Program-made: the position numbers and the translations under genes
Notes under the pieces: model-generated
What the model saw: the letters and a program-made list of their open reading frames with translations, nothing else
Databases searched by the model: none
What the model was told of the DNA's origin: nothing
Source of the DNA: Candidatus Schekmanbacteria bacterium
GTDB lineage: Bacteria; Schekmanbacteria; GWA2-38-11; J061
Assembly (NCBI GenBank): GCA_003695725.1
Contig: RFHX01000040.1
Location: 1-30,054, forward strand
Reading direction: 5' to 3'
Length of the DNA stretch: 30,054 bases
Part shown: positions 18,335 to 25,265 of the stretch, piece by piece
Position numbering within the stretch: the stretch's first letter is position 1
Layout: each line of letters opens with the position of its first letter

Positions 18335-20107
18335 ATGAAAAGAGAATACTATAGAAAACTTTTATCAGTCTTAAAAAGATATTTGTGGTGGTTTGTTGGC
18401 GGCATTGTTGCCGTCATAGTTTTTGATGGCGCTACACTTCTCATACCATGGATATTGAAGATTGCCATAGAAGCTTTGAAAGATATTGACAATGCCCAAC
18501 ATTCAATTTTTTATTACGCCCTCTTGATTATGTCCCTTGCTATTGGAGGTTTTGTATTTCGTATAGTTTCAAGGCTATTTCTTTTTGGTGCTGCCAGATA
18601 TATAGAGTATGATTTGCGGGAAGAGCTTTTTGAACGCCTATTGAAACTATCGCCTTCTTCATTGATTAAATTTCGTACTGGAGACCTTATATCAAGAGCA
18701 TCAAATGACCTTAATACAATAAAAATGTTTATTGGTTTCGGTTTCCTTACAATCATCAGCACTGGTTTTACATATATCGTTGCTCTTTTTGCTATGCTCA
18801 AGCTTAGCCTAACATTGACTTTCTATTCTTTTATTCCTCTGCCCTTTATCATCATTGTTGTGAAGAAAGTTACTCCGAAGATGTATCTTATTTCAAAAGA
18901 AACACAGGAAAGATTGGGTGAAATAAGTTCAATGGTGCAGGAAAGCGTCAGCGGCGTGCAAACAGTCAAAGCTTTTGTGCAGGAAGATGCCGGTGATAGA
19001 AGATTTTATGATATAAGCCGCCATTATTACAATGCCCGAATCAGAATGGTTAAGTATATGGGATTAATATTCCCATTGATGGGAATGCTTGGAGGGATAG
19101 GCACACTAATTGTGCTCTGGAAAGGCGGAGAAATGGTGATAAATAAGGAAATCACTCTTGGAGATTTTGTTGCTTTCAACAGCTATCTTGGAATGTTGAT
19201 ATGGCCATCAATTGCATTGGGATGGATTTTTACTCTTATTCAAAGAGGACTTTCATCCTTTGAAAGGGTTTGTGATGTCCTTACTGCTCCTATTTTGGAA
19301 GAAAGTACGGAGTCATCCTGTGATGAGAAACTATCAGGTGATATTGAAGTTAAAAACCTTTCCTTTTCCTATGATAGCAGGAATGAAAATGGCAATACGC
19401 AAAAAGTGTTGAAAGATATAAACCTTACAATTGAGGAAGGAGAAACCTTAGCTATTGTAGGTCCCACAGGTTCAGGAAAAACAACCTTTGCAAAGCTTCT
19501 TACACGACTTCTCGAAGTTCCACCTGATACAATCTTCATTGGAGGAAAGGATATATCGAAACTCTCTTTTGATTCATTGAGAAAGACAATTGGATATGTT
19601 CCGCAGGAAGGATTTATATTCCACAATACAATTCGGGAAAACGTTGCATATGGACTGGAGGGAGATGCATCTAAAAATGATGATTTATTGAAAAGAGCAC
19701 TGAAACTGTCTGATTTTATGAAAGAAGTGGAGCTCTTTCCTAAAAAGCTGGAAACCGAAGTTGGAGAGAGAGGAATTACTCTCTCAGGAGGGCAAAGACA
19801 AAGGTTAACGATTGCCCGTATGCTTGTTTGCGATCCTGAAATAATAGTTTTGGACGATTCACTTTCGAGTGTAGATACTCATACGGAAAAGAATATTTTA
19901 AGCAATATCAAGGATATTCTTGAAAAGAAAACATCGATAATTATTACACATCGGATATCACCACTGAAATATGCAGACAGGATAGCCGTTATAGAAGATG
20001 GGAGGATAACTGAAATAGGCACACACAATGAATTGATGGCTAAAGGGGAAAGCTACTTTCGCCTTTACAATAGGCAGGCTATTTTCGAAGAGATGGAGGA
20101 ACTTTAA
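18335..20107 (+). CDS. Heterodimeric ABC exporter, subunit 1 (fused TMD-NBD, MdlA/YheI-like)
   Basis: Six-TM domain, Walker A GPTGSGKT, signature LSGGQ, degenerate Walker B IIVLDD, H-loop ITHR. Confidence 0.92.
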   Translation: MKREYYRKLLSVLKRYLWWFVGGIVAVIVFDGATLLIPWILKIAIEALKDIDNAQHSIFYYALLIMSLAIGGFVFRIVSRLFLFGAARYIEYDLREELFERLLKLSPSSLIKFRTGDLISRASNDLNTIKMFIGFGFLTIISTGFTYIVALFAMLKLSLTLTFYSFIPLPFIIIVVKKVTPKMYLISKETQERLGEISSMVQESVSGVQTVKAFVQEDAGDRRFYDISRHYYNARIRMVKYMGLIFPLMGMLGGIGTLIVLWKGGEMVINKEITLGDFVAFNSYLGMLIWPSIALGWIFTLIQRGLSSFERVCDVLTAPILEESTESSCDEKLSGDIEVKNLSFSYDSRNENGNTQKVLKDINLTIEEGETLAIVGPTGSGKTTFAKLLTRLLEVPPDTIFIGGKDISKLSFDSLRKTIGYVPQEGFIFHNTIRENVAYGLEGDASKNDDLLKRALKLSDFMKEVELFPKKLETEVGERGITLSGGQRQRLTIARMLVCDPEIIVLDDSLSSVDTHTEKNILSNIKDILEKKTSIIITHRISPLKYADRIAVIEDGRITEIGTHNELMAKGESYFRLYNRQAIFEEMEEL

Positions 20108-21922
20108 ATGCCTGGTGCTCATGGAAGAGGAAGTGTTTTTTTGGAGGAAGGCGATTTAGGTAAGGCATATGATTCTAAAATTATAAAACGGCTTTGGCTT
20201 TTCATCTCTCCTCATAAGTGGCTTATTATATTTTCAATTTCGCTTCTGCCTCTCGTTGCAGGATTACAGTTGTTGCAGCCCTATTTAATCAAAACTGCAA
20301 TCGATGAAAACATTTCACGGGGGAAGCTTGAAGGTCTTAACCTGATTGCCGCAATTTTCTTCTGCGCATTGATAGGCCAATATTTAGTAACCTTTCTTCA
20401 ACAGTATTTACTTCAATTATCAGGACAAAGGATTATTCTCGACTTGAGGACTAAGCTCTTTTCTCATATGCAGCGTCTTCCGCTATCTTTTTTTGATAAA
20501 AATCCTGTTGGCAGAGTGGTAACTCGTCTTACTTCTGATGTAGAAGCCTTAAATGAAATGTTTACTTCTGGTTTAGCTTCATTTATAGGCGATGCCTTTA
20601 TGCTTTGCGGAATAATGATTGCTATGCTTCTTCTGAATGTCAAACTTGCATTGGTGACTTTATTGGTAATTCCTTTTCTTGCTGTAATAGCGGCTTTTTT
20701 CAGAATAAAAGGAAGGAAGGCATATAGAAATATCCGCACTAAAACGGCATTGGTTAATTCTTATTTGGAAGAGAATCTTTCCGGAATTGAAATAGTTAGG
20801 TTATTTAGAAGAGAAAAGAGAAATTTTAATGAATTTCAAAACTATAACAGAGAGCTTAGACAAGCCAATATTTCTTCTGTTTTTTATGATTCCTTTCTAT
20901 ATGCATCTGTTGAATTGATAGGGTCAATTGGTGTTGCAATTATAATTTGGTATGGAGGCGGTCAGATCCTCCAAAAAACTCTTACATTCGGTGTATTGGT
21001 TGCTTTCCTTGAATATCTTCAGAAGTTTTTTGTGCCTATCCGAGATTTATCTGCCAAGTATGCTATTATGCAGCAGGCAATGGCTGCTTCGGAAAGGATT
21101 TTGAAGCTTTTTGATGAAGAAGAAGAGGATTTGTCAAAAGGCGTAAGTAAGGTTGAATCACTCAAAGGGAAAATAGAATTTAAAAATATTTCCTTTTCCT
21201 ATAATAAAGGAGAGCGGGTTATTAAAAACTTTTCGCTTACGATTCAGCCTGGAGAAAAAGTAGCTATAGTAGGTGCCACTGGAGCCGGGAAATCAACACT
21301 TTTGAAATTGCTCTTGCGTTTCTATGAGCCTGATGAAGGGACTATTCTAATCGATGATGTAGATATCAGTCATTTGAGCAGACAGTGGATTAGAAAAAAT
21401 ATTGGAGTAGTTCCTCAAGATATTTTCCTTTTTGCGGGAAATATTGAGGAAAATATACGACTGTCGAATAATTCTGTTACAGAAAAAGAGCTGATTGAGA
21501 ACATTAGAAAGGCAAGAGCAGACAGAGTGATAGAAAAATTAAAATTAGGACTGAAAGAATCAGTTTCTGAAAGAGGGAATAATTTTTCAAGCGGGGAAAA
21601 ACAGCTTCTATCCTTTGCCCGTGTTTTGACATTTAATCCTCATATTCTTATCCTCGACGAAGCTACTTCAAATATTGATGCAGAGACAGAACATCTTATT
21701 CAGGAGGGGTTGAAAGAATTATTGAAAGGAAGAACATCTATTGTGATTGCACATCGGCTTTCAACAGTAAGGTATGCTGACAGGATTGCTGTAATGCATC
21801 ATGGAGAACTCAGAGAATTGGGAAGTCATGAAGAGCTGTTGAAAAGAAAGGGAATTTATTACAGGCTTTATAGGTATCAGGGTGGAATTGAAGAAATGCG
21901 TAATCAGAGAGTCAACCTATAA
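20108..21922 (+). CDS. Heterodimeric ABC exporter, subunit 2 (MdlB/YheH-like)
   Basis: Starts right after the partner's stop (TAAATG) with an internal GGAGG SD; Walker A GATGAGKS, degenerate signature FSSGE, Walker B ILILDE, H-loop IAHR. Confidence 0.92.
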   Translation: MPGAHGRGSVFLEEGDLGKAYDSKIIKRLWLFISPHKWLIIFSISLLPLVAGLQLLQPYLIKTAIDENISRGKLEGLNLIAAIFFCALIGQYLVTFLQQYLLQLSGQRIILDLRTKLFSHMQRLPLSFFDKNPVGRVVTRLTSDVEALNEMFTSGLASFIGDAFMLCGIMIAMLLLNVKLALVTLLVIPFLAVIAAFFRIKGRKAYRNIRTKTALVNSYLEENLSGIEIVRLFRREKRNFNEFQNYNRELRQANISSVFYDSFLYASVELIGSIGVAIIIWYGGGQILQKTLTFGVLVAFLEYLQKFFVPIRDLSAKYAIMQQAMAASERILKLFDEEEEDLSKGVSKVESLKGKIEFKNISFSYNKGERVIKNFSLTIQPGEKVAIVGATGAGKSTLLKLLLRFYEPDEGTILIDDVDISHLSRQWIRKNIGVVPQDIFLFAGNIEENIRLSNNSVTEKELIENIRKARADRVIEKLKLGLKESVSERGNNFSSGEKQLLSFARVLTFNPHILILDEATSNIDAETEHLIQEGLKELLKGRTSIVIAHRLSTVRYADRIAVMHHGELRELGSHEELLKRKGIYYRLYRYQGGIEEMRNQRVNL

Positions 21923-22079
21923 AATAATAGTAAAAATTTTACATTCTTTACAAAAATTTTACTGTTTATATATTGTATCTTTTATCTAAATATTATACTG
22001 AACATTTTCAAATCAATGTTCTATTTAGAACATTTTTTTTATATCGACTGAAAGTCAATTAAATGAGGGAGGTAAATTG

Positions 22080-23522
22080 ATGAATATTCTTTTAGGAATT
22101 CTCATAGTGCTTGTACTTTTGGTAGGAGGAGCTTATGCTCTCATTAAGTATAAAAACAGGCCTCCAAAACCGGATCTTTATGAAGTCTTTTTGAAACAGG
22201 ATACTACTCCTGTAGGTAAAGTGGGAATTTTTGTCACAGGGCTCATTATGCCTGAAAACCATAGCCATGCTTTCTTTCACAATATTATTAAAAAGATAAA
22301 CAAAGTAGTAATTCCCTGGCCTATCAATATTCTCACAATGAGGGATAAAGGGATTGCCCTTCTTGACCCGAACAATACTCACGCCCGAGAGGAATTTACT
22401 CCAACTCATTTAGAAGATGCTTTTGGCAATGACTGTGATAGGGACGGGGTGCCCTATATCGAGTTGTATAAGCAGGGAAAGGTAAAATGGATGCCTCCCT
22501 CATCCCGCATTTATCTTGACCATGGATATTTTTTATATACAGGACGCCTTTCAGGAGAGCCTTCTCTCTGTGGAAAGGTTGCTAATAAATCAAGACTCTA
22601 TTATTACGGACATGGAATTAAACAACGAAAACTTCCTCACTGGCAGCAGACGAAAGAGATGCTTGAAAAGGGATTTGAGATTATAAAATCCAAATATAAT
22701 GATGTCGTTTGCGGCTGGGAGACAGGGCTTATATATTGGAATATGAGAAAAAAACTCTTTGAAATTCTTGACCAAGGCATCGATACTTTGATTGCTTCAT
22801 CACCAATGGGGATATATTCACATTTTGAGGATTTCAACTCGAGCTTTCGGCATATTTTTGAATATGTTGAAGAATGGGAAAAGGAACATCCGGGTAAAAA
22901 GATAAAGATAATTATGGCTCCTCAAATGGGAGATTTTCAACCATTGCGTCAGGCATTTCTCGAAATGCTGAAAGACCGTCTTGATACTTTGCCAGAAGGA
23001 AGCAGTGTGATGGTTGCTGTAACCTGTCATGGAATGCCATGGGATGCTTTCCCTTGGGAAGCATGGCTTAAGCAGGCACCACCTTATAGAGATAAGCTTT
23101 ATGAGGAAGTCAAGGAGTTGGTTGGAAAATACAATTTCAGTAAAACAAGGGTTGTAATTTGTCAGGATGAATTTGCTGACCCCATTTGGGACCCAAATGA
23201 AAAATATTTAAGCACTAACAGGGCATATTGGAATGCTATCAATGATGGTTTTGATTACTGTATAGGGCTGCCGATAGAGTTTTTTGCTGAAAATTCAGAT
23301 ACCCTTATGCATCACGCAATGAAGAATTATCAGGGCTTTGATGATTATGATATTGAAGAACCAATAGATTATCCTGACTGGTCAGTCCCTTATACGAGGC
23401 AGTTTAAACAGAATAATACGACTGTAATTTATAATGGTGTCCCTGTTGGAAAATATCAAAAATATGTAGTTGAAGCATTTGTCCAATCTCTTGAATCTGT
23501 CCTGTCAAAAAGAAAGAATTAG
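22080..23522 (+). CDS. Membrane-anchored ferrochelatase-like (class II chelatase fold) protein of unknown function
   Basis: GGAGG SD at 22068-22072; N-terminal TM helix; segments matching HemH/CpfC by eye (VGIFVTGLIMP, PMGIYS, VTCHGMP, LPIEFFAENSDTL). About 480 aa, much longer than typical HemH. Confidence 0.6.
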   Translation: MNILLGILIVLVLLVGGAYALIKYKNRPPKPDLYEVFLKQDTTPVGKVGIFVTGLIMPENHSHAFFHNIIKKINKVVIPWPINILTMRDKGIALLDPNNTHAREEFTPTHLEDAFGNDCDRDGVPYIELYKQGKVKWMPPSSRIYLDHGYFLYTGRLSGEPSLCGKVANKSRLYYYGHGIKQRKLPHWQQTKEMLEKGFEIIKSKYNDVVCGWETGLIYWNMRKKLFEILDQGIDTLIASSPMGIYSHFEDFNSSFRHIFEYVEEWEKEHPGKKIKIIMAPQMGDFQPLRQAFLEMLKDRLDTLPEGSSVMVAVTCHGMPWDAFPWEAWLKQAPPYRDKLYEEVKELVGKYNFSKTRVVICQDEFADPIWDPNEKYLSTNRAYWNAINDGFDYCIGLPIEFFAENSDTLMHHAMKNYQGFDDYDIEEPIDYPDWSVPYTRQFKQNNTTVIYNGVPVGKYQKYVVEAFVQSLESVLSKRKN

Positions 23523-23553
23523 CACTCTTTCATATAAGAAACTTAGGTTAAAT

Positions 23554-23592
23554 AAATCCCTCTTCATAAAATTGGAAGAGGGATTTTTTTTT
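23554..23592 (+). terminator. Intrinsic terminator after the chelatase-like gene
   Basis: AAATCCCTCTTC, 9-nt loop, GAAGAGGGATTT, then a T run to 23592. Confidence 0.85.
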
Positions 23593-23662
23593 GTTGATAT
23601 TCCCTTTCTTTAGTGAAAGGATAAAGCCTAATCTGAGGGAAGAAGAAATAAAAAGATGTAAT

Positions 23663-23678
23663 TATGACTTATGTCATA
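23663..23678. promoter_or_regulatory. Palindromic operator TATGAC-N4-GTCATA upstream of hcp (CRP/FNR/HcpR-type geometry)
   Basis: Perfect 6-bp inverted repeat with 4-nt spacer, about 70 nt upstream of the hcp start. Confidence 0.55.
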
Positions 23679-23746
23679 CAACAATCTTTCAATTTGAATT
23701 AACTAATAACTATCAGAAAAAATAATTTTTTATGGGAGGATTTGAA

Positions 23747-25033
23747 ATGTTTTGTAATCAATGTGAACAAACAGCTAAAGGTACAGGTTGTACTGTGGCG
23801 GGAGTCTGTGGCAAAAATGCCGATATTCAGTCCTTACAAGAAATTCTTCTCTATGGATTAAAAGGAATTTCTGCATATGCGTGGGCAGCAAGAAAAGTTG
23901 GGAAAGTTGATCCCGAAGTAGATGCTTTTATGCATGAGGCGCTTTACACGACGGTGACAAATGTCAATTTTGATCTTGAAGACCATATCAATATGGCATT
24001 GAAATGCGGACAGATGAATCTCAAGGTAATGGAAATGTTGGACAAAGCTTATGTAGAGAGGTATGGAGCGCCCACACCTGTTGAAGTGGAAACGGGGACT
24101 AAAGAAGGCTATGGGATTCTCGTGACAGGACATGATTTGCCAGACCTTGAAGAGCTTTTGAAACAGACTGAGGGGAAAGGTATCAATGTGTACACCCATT
24201 CGGAAATGCTTCCAGCTCATGGATATCCTGAACTTCGTAAATATGAACATCTTGTAGGAAATTATGGCGGTGCATGGCAAGACCAAGTAAAGGAATTTGC
24301 CGAATTTCCGGGAACGATACTCGTAACAACAAATTGTGTGCAGATTCCTAAAGAAAGTTACAGTGACAGATTATTTACGACAGGTGTAGCTTCCGTCAAC
24401 AGAGAAAATCACATTGAAGGCCACGATTTTTCGAAACTTATTGAAAAAACACTTCAGACAAAGCCTTTGCCTGAAGCTCCGGGAAAGAAGATAATGACCG
24501 GTTTCCATCACAGTGCAATCTTGGGGATTGCTGACAAAGTGATTGATGCTGTCAAATCTGGTAAGGTAAAACATTTCTTCCTTATTGGCGGTTGTGATGG
24601 TGCAAAGACAGGACGAAATTATTACACAGAAATTGCTGAAAGAATACCGCAAGACTGTATCATATTGACTCTTGCTTGCGGAAAATACCGCTTTAACAAA
24701 AAGGATTTTGGTACTATAGGAGATATACCAAGGTTGATTGACATAGGACAATGCAATAATGCATATAGCGCCATTCAAGTGGCAGTTGCATTAGCAGATG
24801 CATTCAAGTGTGGAGTGAATGATTTGCCTCTCTCTTTGATTTTGTCATGGTTTGAACAGAAAGCTGTTGCAATTCTCCTTACACTTCTTTCTCTTGATAT
24901 CAAAGGGATGAGATTGGGACCTACACCGCCTGCTTTTGTTAGCGAGAATGTTTTTAAGGTATTACAAGATAAATTTGACCTAAAATTGATAACCACACCT
25001 GAAGAGGATTTGAAGGATATTTTGGCTCAGTAA
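23747..25033 (+). CDS. hcp: Hybrid cluster protein (hydroxylamine/NO reductase), short class III type, 428 aa
   Basis: MFCNQCEQTAKGTGCTVAGVCGK (C-x2-C-x8-C-x5-C); hybrid-cluster ligand motifs GHD, HSEM, TNC, GGCDG, ACG, GQCN, WFEQKA. The in-frame upstream 'MGG' is the GGAGG SD, so the start is ATG 23747. Confidence 0.95.
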   Translation: MFCNQCEQTAKGTGCTVAGVCGKNADIQSLQEILLYGLKGISAYAWAARKVGKVDPEVDAFMHEALYTTVTNVNFDLEDHINMALKCGQMNLKVMEMLDKAYVERYGAPTPVEVETGTKEGYGILVTGHDLPDLEELLKQTEGKGINVYTHSEMLPAHGYPELRKYEHLVGNYGGAWQDQVKEFAEFPGTILVTTNCVQIPKESYSDRLFTTGVASVNRENHIEGHDFSKLIEKTLQTKPLPEAPGKKIMTGFHHSAILGIADKVIDAVKSGKVKHFFLIGGCDGAKTGRNYYTEIAERIPQDCIILTLACGKYRFNKKDFGTIGDIPRLIDIGQCNNAYSAIQVAVALADAFKCGVNDLPLSLILSWFEQKAVAILLTLLSLDIKGMRLGPTPPAFVSENVFKVLQDKFDLKLITTPEEDLKDILAQ

Positions 25034-25098
25034 AAGCATCCTTACTTGACAAATCAGAATATTTTATTATTGATTAGATAATTGAGAAATTGAGTTAA

Positions 25099-25184
25099 TT
25101 TTTTTTCGAAAAAGGTAAACCCTGTGGAAGCAGGGGGCACAAAGCCAACGGGTCCAGGAGGGACGGCCGGGTTGCCGAAAAAAA
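25099..25184 (+). ncRNA. Cyclic di-GMP-I (GEMM) riboswitch aptamer
   Basis: P1 TTTTTTTCG/CGAAAAAAA; GGTAAACCC-TGT-GGAA-GCA-GGGGGCACAAAGCC (P2 with GNRA loop); P3 AGCC..CGG-GTCC/GGAC..CCG-GGTT; conserved GGGTTGCCGA. Lies in the 5' leader of a CDS. Confidence 0.92.
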
Positions 25185-25195
25185 GAGATAACAGT

Positions 25196-25232
25196 ACCTC
25201 TTTCTCGGTAAATCCGGGAAAGAGGTTTTTTT
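25196..25232 (+). terminator. Riboswitch expression-platform terminator
   Basis: ACCTCTTTCTCGG-TAAAT-CCGGGAAAGAGGT (13 bp, one G-U) followed by a T tract, 33 nt before the ATG at 25266. Confidence 0.9.
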
Positions 25233-25265
25233 ATATATTTTTTTAAATTTAAAAGGAGGAAAAAA

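Noticed and set aside
22044-22058. TCGAC-N5-GTCAA upstream of the chelatase-like gene as a second FNR-type box
   Set aside because: Spacer is 5 nt rather than 4 and the left arm is imperfect.
23600-23641. Short hairpin CCTTTC-TTTAGT-GAAAGG between the terminator and the hcp operator
   Set aside because: 6-bp stem, no U tract, no match to an RNA motif I recognise.
23732-23746. N-terminal MGGFE extension of HCP from the ORF track
   Set aside because: It is the GGAGG SD read in frame; HCPs start at MFC.
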